Shown here: piece by piece, positions 8,287-18,586 of the stretch
Layout of the letters: every line of letters begins with the position of its first letter
Position numbering within the stretch: position 1 is the first letter of the stretch
Assembly (NCBI GenBank): GCA_003154195.1
Contig: PMCS01000024.1
Location: 64,028 to 128,027 of the forward strand
Direction of reading: 5' to 3'
Length of the DNA: 64,000 nucleotides
From: Candidatus Omnitrophota bacterium
GTDB lineage: Bacteria; Omnitrophota; Gorgyraeia; Duberdicusellales; 4484-171
Made by a program: the position numbers and the translations under genes
The notes under the pieces: generated by a model
Databases searched by the model: none
Told to the model about the DNA's origin: nothing
What the model saw: the letters and a program-made list of their open reading frames with translations, nothing else

Positions 8287-8661
8287 TTACCGGGTTTTCA
8301 GCGCCCGGAGATAGAAGCCTTCTACCTTCTTCCTCGCCCAGGGAGTTTTTCGCAAAAACTTTAAGCTCGACGTTAAACTAGGATTATTGGTGAAACAGCG
8401 AAGAGCAATGTTCTCGCCCAATCCGCGCCAGCCATACCGGGCTTCTAAATCCGCAAGAATCATCTTCAGGGTAACGCCGTGCAACGGGTCTTTGTGTTTT
8501 ATTAGGGGGGTAGTCTCCGCCAGGGGCGGACCAGCCGCTCGCTTTCGCGAGATCCCGCCAATGGCGGGACAATGGCTGGGAATTCCCCGCCCTTGGCGGG
8601 ATCCCGCTTCATTGATATAATTATCAGGGGGGCGGTGAATCTTCGAAGAAGGTTCAGGCAT
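8287..8661 (-). CDS. VF530/DUF2132 family DNA-binding protein
   Basis: C-terminal [41 protein letters not shown]. The N-terminal part overlaps palindromic repeats, so the start is uncertain. Confidence 0.85.
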   Translation of the reverse strand: MPEPSSKIHRPPDNYINEAGSRQGRGIPSHCPAIGGISRKRAAGPPLAETTPLIKHKDPLHGVTLKMILADLEARYGWRGLGENIALRCFTNNPSLTSSLKFLRKTPWARKKVEGFYLRALKTR

Positions 8662-8666
8662 GTATT

Positions 8667-9401
8667 TTAAATTTTGTCCAAGTATTCTTCGAACTCGCGC
8701 TGGCTCGAAGGAACAAAAGCATTATACATCTTTTTAAAGCGCTGTTTATCTTTATCGACCGCCAAAAAAGATACAACGGGAAAACCTGCTTCCCGAAAAC
8801 AGTTCTCATCGCGCGAATCATCGCCGATATACATTACCGCTTCTCTTTCCACTTTTTCTTCCTCAAGGATTTTTTCCAGGACATCCGCTTTATTGGAACT
8901 TATTTTAAATTCAAAATGCATCCCCCCCGGCGCAACTGATAAAAAATCGTTGGCGATGATAAAATCAAAGACAAAACCGCTCTTCTCAAGTATCTGTTTT
9001 ATACCCCGGTAATACCCCGAAGAAATAATGCCGAACCTGATGTTCTTCCGTTCTCTTAAGCTCTGCAAAGGCATTAAAATCCTCGAATCCAATTTGATTG
9101 TTCCAACAGCCACATATCTCTCTAAAAGCATAGCCAAGTCGCCACCAGTTATCTTGCTGAACAAATATTTATTTAACAGCTTGATTAAGGCAGGAATAGT
9201 ATTAATTGTTTTACCTTGTCTGGCGCGCCGCACCAGATGCTTACTTTTAAATGCCAGGATTAACAAAGAAATAATTTCAAACAGGTCAAATCTCTTTGCC
9301 GCCCGGGCGGCGACAAATTTAAAAACCGAGGCGCAAAAAGTTTCTTCGAAGTAGTCTTCAAAGAGCGTCCGGTTCCAATCGCAGATTATTAATTTCAGCA
9401 T
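8667..9401 (-). CDS. HAD-superfamily hydrolase
   Basis: Motif I variant ICDWNRT, motif II ISSG, motif [14 protein letters not shown]. Confidence 0.75.
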   Translation of the reverse strand: MLKLIICDWNRTLFEDYFEETFCASVFKFVAARAAKRFDLFEIISLLILAFKSKHLVRRARQGKTINTIPALIKLLNKYLFSKITGGDLAMLLERYVAVGTIKLDSRILMPLQSLRERKNIRFGIISSGYYRGIKQILEKSGFVFDFIIANDFLSVAPGGMHFEFKISSNKADVLEKILEEEKVEREAVMYIGDDSRDENCFREAGFPVVSFLAVDKDKQRFKKMYNAFVPSSQREFEEYLDKI

Positions 9402-9602
9402 TTAATGCCTTTTCCCTATTTTTCGTCCTGTTCCCAGTTGTTAGAGCCCTTCCCCCGTCTTTGTATCTTTTATTCATCTTCCCTTTTCCCAATCTGTGAA
9501 AATATGCCCCTTACGGGAGGCTCCGCCCGGCTTTGCCGGGCTACGCACAGCAACCTGTGGACAAAAAGTTTTTGCCTTTTCCATTCCCTATCGTCCCTCA
9601 TC

Positions 9603-9669
9603 CCCGCCATCTCGTCGCCTTTAGCGACGGATGGCGAGGTCTCGCCAATTTGTTAACCAAATTGGCGGG
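9603..9669. repeat. double-hairpin element CCCGCCA..TGGCG-AGGTCT-CGCC..GGCGG (family E2)
   Basis: Same ends and central AGGTCT linker as copies at 30991, 31103 and 40212. Confidence 0.65.
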
Positions 9670-9678
9670 CTTCATCTC

Positions 9679-10950
9679 TCAATCCGTAACGCCTGCGCCG
9701 GAAGCGGCGCACGACTCTCCCGCCAGGTAGCCGGTGGAAAATGCTTGCTGTAAATTGTAGCCGCCGGACAGGCCGCGTGGCTCAATCACTTCGCCGACGA
9801 AAAAAATACCCGGAATGATCTTTGATTCCATGGTGCGCGGGTTTATCTCTTTTGAACTGATGCCGCCGGCAGTCACCATCCCCTCGTCAAGAGGAAGGCT
9901 GCCGCTTATCGTAAACGGCAAGGCTTTAAGATTATCCACGATGGCCGAACGTTCCTTTTTGTTTATTTGACCGGATTTTTTTTGCGCGTCGATGTTGAGG
10001 CGCGATAAAAACACCGGCGCCATCCGCTTGGGAACGATGGCCCCGATTAAATTTTTTATCCGCGTATTACCCCGGGAATCAATGGCCACAGTCAATTCTT
10101 TTTCCAATTCTTCTCTTTTTATGTCCGGGCAAAAATCGATTGTTATCTTCACTTCGCTTCGCGTCAGTAATAACGCGGCCACATCGCCGCTGATATCCAA
10201 TACCAGCGGCCCCGACAAACCGAAATGAGTAAACAGGATATCGCCGCAATCGGAAATGTTTTTCTTACCACCGTCATGAATAGTGATCCGCGCGCCGGTA
10301 AAGGAAAGCCCTTGCAGGCAAGCAGCAAAACTATCCCTGGTTTTTAACGGCACCAGCGCCGGTTTAAGTCCGGTTACAGTATGGCCGAATCGTCCGGCGA
10401 TGACGAATCCGTCACCGGTTGAGCCGGTCGCTTTATAGGACCCCCCGCCGGTGGCGATAATTACTTTTTTAGCATAAATCGCGGCGCGGTCGGTAAACCC
10501 AAGTTCAAAAATATTTTCTTTTTTTACCAGCGAAATAACCCGTCGGCCATAAGCGGTTTCCACGCCGCTTTCGCGTAAACATTTTTCCAAAACATCGGTT
10601 ACCGACGCCGCCTTATCGGTTATTGGCAGGACCCGTCCGCGTTCTTCCACCTTCAGCTCCACGCCGCAGCCGCGAAAAAAATCCATCAAATCGTTATTGG
10701 AAAATCGGGAAAATGCTGTGCGGTAGAACTCGCCGTTAGGCTTAAATTTCTTTAGAAACATTTCGATGGAAGCAGTGTTGGTAAGATTACATCGGCCGTT
10801 ACCGGTAAGAAGGATTTTTTTACCCAGCACGCGGTTGCGCTCTACAAGAATAACAATTTTTTTAAGCCGTGCCGCCCTAATCGCCGCCATTGAGCCGGCG
10901 GCTCCGGCGCCGATTACCGCGACATCATAAATCCCGGAAGGTTTATTCAT
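9679..10950 (-). CDS. NAD(P)/FAD-dependent oxidoreductase, HI0933/BaiN family
   Basis: GAGAAG, GKKILLTGNGRCNLTN, LFTHFGLSGP, GGYNLQQAFSTG. Confidence 0.93.
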   Translation of the reverse strand: MNKPSGIYDVAVIGAGAAGSMAAIRAARLKKIVILVERNRVLGKKILLTGNGRCNLTNTASIEMFLKKFKPNGEFYRTAFSRFSNNDLMDFFRGCGVELKVEERGRVLPITDKAASVTDVLEKCLRESGVETAYGRRVISLVKKENIFELGFTDRAAIYAKKVIIATGGGSYKATGSTGDGFVIAGRFGHTVTGLKPALVPLKTRDSFAACLQGLSFTGARITIHDGGKKNISDCGDILFTHFGLSGPLVLDISGDVAALLLTRSEVKITIDFCPDIKREELEKELTVAIDSRGNTRIKNLIGAIVPKRMAPVFLSRLNIDAQKKSGQINKKERSAIVDNLKALPFTISGSLPLDEGMVTAGGISSKEINPRTMESKIIPGIFFVGEVIEPRGLSGGYNLQQAFSTGYLAGESCAASGAGVTD

Positions 10951-11912
10951 TAAAAATACCCCACCCGGTTTTTCCCCTCTCGCTTTGCTTTATACAGGGC
11001 TTTGTCGGCGGTTTCCATCAACATGTCGCTGTAGAGTGTATTCTGCGGGAAAGAAGCGATGCCGACGCTCACGGTTACGCGTAATTTTTCATCAAAAGCT
11101 TTTATTAATTTGCCGGCAATCTTGACGCAAATCCTATCCCCGACGACGATTGCCCCGCCTTTATCGGTATCAAGCAGCACCGCGGCAAACTCTTCGCCGC
11201 CGACCCGGGCCAGAAAATCAATCTCGCGGACGCTTTCTTTGATCAGCGCCGCGGTTTCTTTAAGAACGGCGTCGCCGACCAGGTGGCCATAGGTGTCGTT
11301 GATTTTTTTAAAATCGTCCACATCAATCATTAAAAACGACATATTCAAGTTAAAATTTTTCGCGCGTTCAAACTCTTCGCCGAACCGCAGATCGAAGTAG
11401 CGGCGGTTATAGACTTCAGTCAGGAAATCGTAAATCGCCAGCTGCTGCAGCTTTTCGTAAAGATTTATTTTTTCCACGCAAATGCCGAGCAGCTCGCTGA
11501 GGCGCGGGATATAATCGACGATTTTTTTCGCTTTTGTTTTTATCCACAGGGTTTCCGATGAATTCTTACCCAGTTTTAATTCGTAGACATCGTCCTGGGC
11601 CGGAGCGGGCGGCTCGATCCACTCTGCCTCGCCCAAATATCTTATTTCTCCGATAAAGGCGTCGAAAAGATTTCTGCGGTTGGTAAGCGCGGCTAATCTT
11701 TTTGCCAGGTCGTAAAACAGGAAGTAATCACCGATCTCTTTTTCCAAAAGATTCGCCTTAACGCTAATTACTTCCGCTTCTTCTTCGAGTTCCCGGCGCC
11801 GCGCGCCGAGCTTTTCTCTTCTTTCGCGCAGCTGCGCCCGGAAACGATAGAGCCAGTATGCCTGGCCGGCGATAAAAAATAAGAATAATAGCAGTAGGGT
11901 AATCAAAAACAT
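10950..11912 (-). CDS. membrane-anchored diguanylate cyclase
   Basis: GGEEF active site with an RxxD I-site (REID); N-terminal TM plus coiled coil. Confidence 0.9.
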   Translation of the reverse strand: MFLITLLLLFLFFIAGQAYWLYRFRAQLRERREKLGARRRELEEEAEVISVKANLLEKEIGDYFLFYDLAKRLAALTNRRNLFDAFIGEIRYLGEAEWIEPPAPAQDDVYELKLGKNSSETLWIKTKAKKIVDYIPRLSELLGICVEKINLYEKLQQLAIYDFLTEVYNRRYFDLRFGEEFERAKNFNLNMSFLMIDVDDFKKINDTYGHLVGDAVLKETAALIKESVREIDFLARVGGEEFAAVLLDTDKGGAIVVGDRICVKIAGKLIKAFDEKLRVTVSVGIASFPQNTLYSDMLMETADKALYKAKREGKNRVGYF

Positions 11913-13204
11913 ATTTTATTTTTACCGGTTGTTTTGGCTTTATACAATAAGCTGTCGGCTTTTTCCACCAGATCCAGTATGTCTGTAGAGTCCTCGGGGT
12001 AAAAAGCGCAGCCGCCGGATATAGCAAACCTGATTTGCTTGCGTCGAAAGCTGATTACCATTTCTTCCACTTCCTTACGGATTTTTTCCGCGACGGAGAT
12101 CGTGTCCTGGCGATCAGTCTCCACCAGCATCAGAAGAAACTCCTCGCCGCCGAAACGACAAGCCATGTTCCCCGGTTGGGCCAGGGTTTTAACGAAAACC
12201 CGGGCCAGTTTCTTCAAAACTAAGTCGCCGACGATATGGCCGTAGGTATCGTTGATATTTTTGAAATCGTCGATATCGATCATAATCAAGCCAACCGCCG
12301 ATTTTTTTATGCGCGCCCGCTTGATCTCGACTTTTAAACGGCCGAGAAAATACTCACGCAGGAACAGCCCCGTCAGGGCGTCTTTCGTCGCCAGCTCTTC
12401 GATGATCTCGAACAATTCCGCTCTTTCCATGACTACCGCGGCCAGATTGCAGATACTGTATAAAAGCCGCGAGCTGCCCACATTGAAGGCGCCGGCAAGC
12501 GTACTTTCCAGGCGTACGATCCCGTATAGCCTTTCACCGATCGAAATGGGAGAAGCGATAAAACAACGGCTGCCGCGTTCCTGGAATGCCGTGACGCTGT
12601 CATAGCCAAAGCGGAAATCCCGGGTAAGATCATCGATCGCGATCGATTGGTTGTGCTTCATCACCCATTTATCGATGACGTCGCCGTATTTTTCTTTAAT
12701 CACAAACTTCTGGTTTTTAAAGGAGCGCGCCAGGCTCAAGGCGCTTTTATTTTTTTGAAAGATAAACAGCATGCCATTGGCGGATTCGGGAAACAATTTG
12801 GCGCAAATATTGATGATATAGTCGTAGATATCTTCACGGCGGGAAAGGGCGATGAATTCATTGGACAGATCGGATAAAAAACAGACTTTTTTCTCTTTTT
12901 CCGGCAGTTCCAGAAGGATTTTCTGGTTAGCGTGGATCGTCTCCGTCAAGATATTTATTTTTTCTTCGTAGTCGTCGATCATGGTTCTTGCTTTCGCGAA
13001 AATTGACAGCCGCGCCCGGTCGAAAATAAACAAAACCGCGCCGGAGAGGCAAAAAAATACAAAAAAAACTATCAATTTTATTTTTTGAAAAAGCGCCAAA
13101 ACAAGGGCGAGAAAAATAAAAACAAAGAGAACTGTGAGGGGGAAAAGATTAAACAACCTTATTTTCGCTGGTCTGGTCGAAAAAATGAGCTTTCCGCATA
13201 TCAA
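11903..13204 (-). CDS. GAF-GGDEF diguanylate cyclase
   Basis: Two TM helices, a GAF domain and RFGGEEF; no RxxD I-site; start uncertain. Confidence 0.9.
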   Translation of the reverse strand: MICGKLIFSTRPAKIRLFNLFPLTVLFVFIFLALVLALFQKIKLIVFFVFFCLSGAVLFIFDRARLSIFAKARTMIDDYEEKINILTETIHANQKILLELPEKEKKVCFLSDLSNEFIALSRREDIYDYIINICAKLFPESANGMLFIFQKNKSALSLARSFKNQKFVIKEKYGDVIDKWVMKHNQSIAIDDLTRDFRFGYDSVTAFQERGSRCFIASPISIGERLYGIVRLESTLAGAFNVGSSRLLYSICNLAAVVMERAELFEIIEELATKDALTGLFLREYFLGRLKVEIKRARIKKSAVGLIMIDIDDFKNINDTYGHIVGDLVLKKLARVFVKTLAQPGNMACRFGGEEFLLMLVETDRQDTISVAEKIRKEVEEMVISFRRKQIRFAISGGCAFYPEDSTDILDLVEKADSLLYKAKTTGKNKICF

Positions 13205-14255
13205 AAACCATTTCTACCATGCTTCCGACCGTAGGCTTATTCCCGGCTTCCACTACAGCGACAAAAGTGTGTTTGTTTGTGGAAAGATAAAGATAGTTTT
13301 CCGAACCCATCGTTTCGATTACGTCACACATTACAATAACGGTATTACCCGATGAGGCGTTGGAAGCAAAAAGCCGGTCGTAGACATCTTCGGCGCGCAG
13401 GCCGAACGTTATCGGTTTTTCGATGTAGGGGCTAAGCGCGTCATACATTTCCTCTAATATTCTGACTTTAAGGCTTCCTTCGTCAAAATAAAGGGCGCCG
13501 TCTTTTTTAATAATTTTCCCTTCCATGAAATTCATCGGCGGGGTCCCGATGAAACCGCCGACAAATTTATTCACGGGATTATCATAGACGTTTAAAGGGG
13601 TATCGAACTGCAAAACCTTGCCGTCTCTCATCACGGCGATACGGTCGCCCAAAGTCATCGCTTCGGTTTGGTCGTGAGTAACGTAAATCATGGTCGCCTG
13701 GATCTTTAAGTGGAGCTTATGTATTTCCGTGCGCATCTGAACGCGCATTTTTGCGTCAAGGTTGCTTAAAGGTTCGTCGAAAAGAAAAACGAGGGGTTTA
13801 CGCACAATCGCTCTTCCTACCGCCACCCTTTGGCGCTCGCCGCCCGATAATTCCTTCGGCCGCCTCTCCAGAAGCCTGGTTATACCTAAAATTTGGGCCG
13901 CTTCGGTAACGCGCTTTTTTACGTCGCTTTTAGCGTAATGGCGTAATTTCAACGCGAAGGCCATATTTTCATAAGCGGTCATATGGGGATAGAGAGCGTA
14001 GTTTTGAAAAACCATCGCGATATTCCTGTCTTTGGCCGGTACGTCATTTACCAGCCGATCGCCGATGTAGATTTCCCCGCTGGTAGGAAACTCGAGGCCG
14101 GCGATCATGCGCAGGGTAGTAGATTTACCGCATCCCGAAGGCCCCAGCAGCACCACCAGCTCTTTATTCTCGATGCCGATGCTTATATTGTTGACTGCCG
14201 CCGATTCCCCTTTGCTATAAATTTTCGTTATCTCTTTCAGGCTTACTTGTGCCAT
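13149..14255 (-). CDS. carbohydrate ABC transporter ATP-binding subunit (UgpC/MalK/MsmX family)
   Basis: GPSGCGKST, MVFQNYALYPH, LSGGERQR, DEPLSNLDAK; C-terminal TOBE region. Confidence 0.95.
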   Translation of the reverse strand: MAQVSLKEITKIYSKGESAAVNNISIGIENKELVVLLGPSGCGKSTTLRMIAGLEFPTSGEIYIGDRLVNDVPAKDRNIAMVFQNYALYPHMTAYENMAFALKLRHYAKSDVKKRVTEAAQILGITRLLERRPKELSGGERQRVAVGRAIVRKPLVFLFDEPLSNLDAKMRVQMRTEIHKLHLKIQATMIYVTHDQTEAMTLGDRIAVMRDGKVLQFDTPLNVYDNPVNKFVGGFIGTPPMNFMEGKIIKKDGALYFDEGSLKVRILEEMYDALSPYIEKPITFGLRAEDVYDRLFASNASSGNTVIVMCDVIETMGSENYLYLSTNKHTFVAVVEAGNKPTVGSMVEMVFDMRKAHFFDQTSENKVV

Positions 14256-14264
14256 AATTAATTA

Positions 14265-14292
14265 ATTGTAATATTAACTACCTTACTGTCAA
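14265..14292 (-). promoter_or_regulatory. sigma70-type promoter
   Basis: TTGACA-N16-TACAAT ending 9 nt upstream of the ABC ATPase ATG. Confidence 0.65.
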
Positions 14293-14331
14293 GAGAATTC
14301 CTATTATTTTTTCTAAAAAGAGGGAAGACGG

Positions 14332-15228
14332 TTATACGTCATTTGATTTAGCCGGGTTCCCGGCGCCGTTTTTTACGTTATGTGCCGACGTTAAATAATC
14401 AAGCAAAGCCGCCAGGCGCGCTTTTAAATCTTTGCGGTGAATTATCATATCAATCAGGCCGTGCTTTAAACTAAACTCGGAAGTTTGGAAATCATCGGGT
14501 AAATCCTGTTTAATCGTCTGCTTGATGACCCGGGGGCCGGCAAAACCGATTAACGCTCCCGGTTCAGCGATAATAATATCCCCCAGCCCGGCGAAAGAAG
14601 CCATAACGCCGCCCATGGTGGGGTTAGTAAGTACGGAAATAAACGGTATATTTTCTTCTTTAAGAAGGTTGACCGCGGCGCAGGTCTTGGCCATTTGCAT
14701 CAAGCTGAGCATGCCTTCGTACATCCTAGCGCCGCCGCCGGAACCCGAGACGATAACCAGCGGTACGCGTTTATTCAGAGCGGTTTCGGCAAGACGAGTA
14801 ATTTTTTCTCCCACTACCGAGCCCATCGAGCCCATAATAAAACGGGAGTCGGTAACGCCCAGCGCTACGGATTTATTGTTTATCTTCGCCTCGCCTACGA
14901 TCGCCGCTTCCTTAAGCGCCGTATCCTTCATGTCTTTGCTCAATTTGGCTTTGTATGACTTGGGGCCGCAAAAATTAAGAGGGTCTAATGATTCGAGATT
15001 CTGATGGATTTCGACAAAACTGGCCTCGTCCACGAGCAGTTTTATTCGTTCGGGAGCGGTAAGGTCGAAGTGATAATTGCATTTTGGGCAAATCTTTGAA
15101 TTTTCCAGTAAAATCTTTTTAAAGGTCAGATGGGAACACTTCGGGCATTTTTCCCAGAGATTATCCGGCATCTCCTTCTTTTTACGTTTGGCAATCGTGT
15201 ATTGAATGGGCTTGCTGAAGATTCTCAC
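14332..15228 (-). CDS. accD: acetyl-CoA carboxylase carboxyltransferase beta subunit
   Basis: Zn ribbon WEKCPKC..CPKC, GSMGSVVGEK, GGARMYEG, IGFAGPRVI. Confidence 0.96.
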   Translation of the reverse strand: MRIFSKPIQYTIAKRKKKEMPDNLWEKCPKCSHLTFKKILLENSKICPKCNYHFDLTAPERIKLLVDEASFVEIHQNLESLDPLNFCGPKSYKAKLSKDMKDTALKEAAIVGEAKINNKSVALGVTDSRFIMGSMGSVVGEKITRLAETALNKRVPLVIVSGSGGGARMYEGMLSLMQMAKTCAAVNLLKEENIPFISVLTNPTMGGVMASFAGLGDIIIAEPGALIGFAGPRVIKQTIKQDLPDDFQTSEFSLKHGLIDMIIHRKDLKARLAALLDYLTSAHNVKNGAGNPAKSNDV

Positions 15229-16430
15229 GTTCTAAATCTCCTCAGGATAATGCCGCTGAAAACTTTCGGTTGAAAATAGGTAGATTTTTGAGGAAAACGG
15301 TATCCTTTATCGGCGATTTCAAAGATTGTCGCCAGCGATACCGGTTTTAAAATAAACGCGAATTTATCCGCTCCGGATATCTTTTTTGCTTCCCTGATGC
15401 TGTGCGTATATTGGATTTCGCCTTCGCCGGACAGCAGGGGCAAAACAAATTGATGCAAAAGAAATGTATCGAGTTTTTTGTACGCCGGGTCGGCATCTAT
15501 TTTATCAGTAAACGAACGTTTTTTCAACTTAAGGAAATAAAATTTTTTATGATGATAAAGCGCGAACTCGAAATTATTATTCTTATGTTTCAGCGCATTA
15601 TTTAACCGGCCTTCGCTTATTTCTGCCGTAGAGAAATATTCGCCTAAGCTTTCCAGAATTTGCGCGCCGGTTGCCCTCATTTTGATTACGCGATGCGTGG
15701 GTAAGATCACCAGTCCCGGTTGGGCGTCCGTGACATAGGCTAAAACGTAGTTCAGGTCGCCGAATTTATTTTTATTGCGTTTATAATAATCATTGGCGAC
15801 TTCAAAACGGTGATGCCCATCGGCAATAACCAGGTTTGATTTTTCAATTGCCGCGCGTATTTTTTTAATTTCACCATGCTCCTGGATTTTCCATAGAATG
15901 TTTGCATTTCCGTCGCAGTCACGAAATTTAAAAAATGGTTTCTTTTTCGAATACTTTGTATAAGCATAGCGCAGCGCCTTCACCGGTTTGGGCACAATTA
16001 CAAAAATCGGGTCTAAGTTTGCCTTAACGGTTTCGATTATCCGTTTTCTATCCTGCTTGGGTTTAGTTAAGGTATGTTCATGAGGGAAAATACTGCTTTT
16101 CATTTCCAGCAATGACAATAGCCCAAAACGCCGGTAGGTTTTTTTGTCGCAGGTAAACTTCTGTTCATAAAGATAGAAGCTTTCTTTATCGTCGTCGATG
16201 AGAATTTTCTCCCGAAGCCAGTTGTCAAATCTTTTCCCGACGGTTTTATAATCGCCGCGATCCGCAAGGATGATATTGGTAAAATTATAGGGTGATTTTT
16301 TCCGTAACATCGCCAGCTTCGCCGGGTTGATCACATCATAAGGGGGGCAGGAAACATTTGACAGGCTTTTAAACTTTGACGGATTATAGTAAGTCCCCCT
16401 GAAAGGTTTTATTCGCGTGGTTATTTTCAT
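15225..16430 (-). CDS. DUF1015 family protein
   Basis: PPYDVI, PHEHT, IADGHHR, PQKSTYF. Confidence 0.9.
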   Translation of the reverse strand: MKITTRIKPFRGTYYNPSKFKSLSNVSCPPYDVINPAKLAMLRKKSPYNFTNIILADRGDYKTVGKRFDNWLREKILIDDDKESFYLYEQKFTCDKKTYRRFGLLSLLEMKSSIFPHEHTLTKPKQDRKRIIETVKANLDPIFVIVPKPVKALRYAYTKYSKKKPFFKFRDCDGNANILWKIQEHGEIKKIRAAIEKSNLVIADGHHRFEVANDYYKRNKNKFGDLNYVLAYVTDAQPGLVILPTHRVIKMRATGAQILESLGEYFSTAEISEGRLNNALKHKNNNFEFALYHHKKFYFLKLKKRSFTDKIDADPAYKKLDTFLLHQFVLPLLSGEGEIQYTHSIREAKKISGADKFAFILKPVSLATIFEIADKGYRFPQKSTYFQPKVFSGIILRRFRT

Positions 16431-16466
16431 ATTCTTCCTTTATGCCGCAGGCCGATAGCGGAAAAC

Positions 16467-16772
16467 TCACTCCTGGTTTTTAGCCTTCGCGCTGCCGGGC
16501 GCCGGGTTATCTTTTGAGCTTTTTGCCGGCGGCGCGGGGTTTTCTTTTGCGCCTTCTTTTTTGGGCGCGGGCGTCGACGGAACGCTGTTTTTCTTTTTGT
16601 AATCAGTGATATAAAATCCGCTGCCCTTAAAGATCAGGCCGCTTCCCGCGCTGATCAATTTTTTTAAAACGCCTTTGCATTTAGGGCATTCGGCCAGGGG
16701 CTTGTCGCTGATTCCATGGAAAGCCTCAAAAAGATATCCGCATTTTTGACATTCATAGTCATAGGTAGGCAT
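16467..16772 (-). CDS. FmdB family zinc-ribbon regulatory protein
   Basis: MPTYDYECQKCG..CPKC..FKGSGFYITDY. Confidence 0.9.
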   Translation of the reverse strand: MPTYDYECQKCGYLFEAFHGISDKPLAECPKCKGVLKKLISAGSGLIFKGSGFYITDYKKKNSVPSTPAPKKEGAKENPAPPAKSSKDNPAPGSAKAKNQE

Positions 16773-16798
16773 TGTCCACCTTCCCTTCGATTCGCACT

Positions 16799-17182
16799 CT
16801 AATCTTTATTATCCTGTTCCTTATTAATCTTTTCTATCAAGCTATAGATGTATTGCCTTTCTTCGGAAATAATATTATCAAATTGTATCCCGGTGTCAAA
16901 TTTTACGGTCTGGGTGTTGATATCCGTTTGTTGGGACACCCAGATCACATAGCCGTTACATTTTATCGTATGATTCGGCTCGCAAAATATTTCCATTTTT
17001 ACCGGGGTACCGGTCTTAAACTCGCTGCCTAAACGAACGCGTATGCCGCCCGGCCCGATATTGATGGTTTCCGCGCTGACCGCGTTTGTGGAATAAGAAA
17101 TATACAAATTGCAGTGAAATTGTACGCGTGAAAACCGCCGCCTTTCTTTGCCGCCCCAGGAAACATCAGGCGTATCTGCCAT
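16799..17182 (-). CDS. PilZ-domain protein
   Basis: ERRRFSR (RxxxR) and NIGPGG (variant of D/NxSxxG). Confidence 0.85.
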   Translation of the reverse strand: MADTPDVSWGGKERRRFSRVQFHCNLYISYSTNAVSAETINIGPGGIRVRLGSEFKTGTPVKMEIFCEPNHTIKCNGYVIWVSQQTDINTQTVKFDTGIQFDNIISEERQYIYSLIEKINKEQDNKD

Positions 17183-17313
17183 ACGACACCGTATTTTTTA
17201 GGAAAACGGGACGCGCCTGCTTAACGGCCCGCTTCGAGCCGCGTCAAGTGAGGAAATCCCTCATCACCTGAGAATCAAGACGAACAAGCATATATTTTTC
17301 CGGTTAATCAGGA

Positions 17314-18426
17314 CTATACTATTTTTTCCCCGCGTATCTTCGCTACTTCCAACAGCAGATTGCGTTCTTTCCCCGATATCCTTTCGGGGATTTCTACGGC
17401 GATTTCTACCAACAGGTCGCCCGGCCGTTTAGTCTGCAGACCCGTCATGCCTTTGCCTTTGAGACGAAAAATCGCGCTAGGCTGAACCCCGGCCGGTATC
17501 TTCATTTTCACGTGGCCATCCAAAGTGGGTACGTCGATTTCTGTCCCCAGGATAGCCTGCATGGCGCCGATTTTCATTTTAGAACGCAGATCGTCGCCAT
17601 CGCGCGTAAATGAATTATGGGGCCTGACTGTTACATGCAGGTACAGGTCGCCTCCGGCGCCCGCGGAAAAATTGCCTTCCTGGCGCAAACGCAACACCGA
17701 GCCGGTTTCTACGCCGGCGGGGATATTGACTTTTATGGTTTTACGGTTTTTCACTCTTCCTTCGCCGCCGCATTTCACGCAGTGGTGTTTGATTACTGCG
17801 CCTTCCCCTTTGCAATCAGGGCAGGTTTGGGCAAAACTGATAAACCCCATGGCATTAGTGACCATGCCCCTGCCCCGGCATGTCCGGCATGTTTCTTTAC
17901 CCGATCCCGGTTGTGCCCCGCTGCCCTGGCATTGAGGACAAGCTTCGTAATGGTTAAAAGAAAATTCTTTCTCAATACCTCGATACGCTTCTTCCAGGCC
18001 GATAGGAACTTCTACGTTAATATCTTCCCCGCCGCGCGATTTTCTTCGCGACGAACGCCCGCCGCCAAAAACGTCAAAGCCTAAGTCGGCGAATAAATCT
18101 TCGAAAATACCACCACCGCCGGCGCCGCCCATACCGCGAAAGATATCGCCGAAATCCGCGCTGCGGAAAATATCTTCCGTGGAATAACGCGAATCAATAC
18201 CGGAATGGCCGTATTGGTCATAGAGGGATTTTTTCTTTTCGTCGCTCAAAACGGCATAAGCTTCGGAAATTTCCTTGAATTTTTCTTCGGCTTGTTTTTT
18301 CTGGCTTGCCTCAACGCGGTCGGGGTGAAATTTCATAACCAGCTGCCGGTAAGCTTTTTTGACTTCTTCTACGGAAGCTCCTTTCGACAGCCCCAATATT
18401 TCATAATAATCACGGTTGGTTGTCAT
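17314..18426 (-). CDS. dnaJ: molecular chaperone DnaJ
   Basis: J-domain HPD, G/F region, four CxxCxGxG repeats. Confidence 0.97.
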   Translation of the reverse strand: MTTNRDYYEILGLSKGASVEEVKKAYRQLVMKFHPDRVEASQKKQAEEKFKEISEAYAVLSDEKKKSLYDQYGHSGIDSRYSTEDIFRSADFGDIFRGMGGAGGGGIFEDLFADLGFDVFGGGRSSRRKSRGGEDINVEVPIGLEEAYRGIEKEFSFNHYEACPQCQGSGAQPGSGKETCRTCRGRGMVTNAMGFISFAQTCPDCKGEGAVIKHHCVKCGGEGRVKNRKTIKVNIPAGVETGSVLRLRQEGNFSAGAGGDLYLHVTVRPHNSFTRDGDDLRSKMKIGAMQAILGTEIDVPTLDGHVKMKIPAGVQPSAIFRLKGKGMTGLQTKRPGDLLVEIAVEIPERISGKERNLLLEVAKIRGEKIV

Positions 18427-18460
18427 AAAATCTGAAATGTATATGATAAAACCGTGAAGC

Positions 18461-18542
18461 TTTTACCACCAAGGCACTAAGCCCACAAAGAAAAGATTAA
18501 TTTTTTAAATATTCTTAATGTTCTTTGTGTCTTGGTGGTAAA
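18461..18542. repeat. palindrome with 9-bp-periodic arms between dnaK and dnaJ
   Basis: TTTACCACCAAGGCACTAAGCCCACAAAG...CTTTGTGTCTTGGTGGTAAA. Confidence 0.75.
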
Positions 18543-18586
18543 TTTTAGGTTTTATTTATCCTTATAGTTTGCAATCCCGGTGACGT

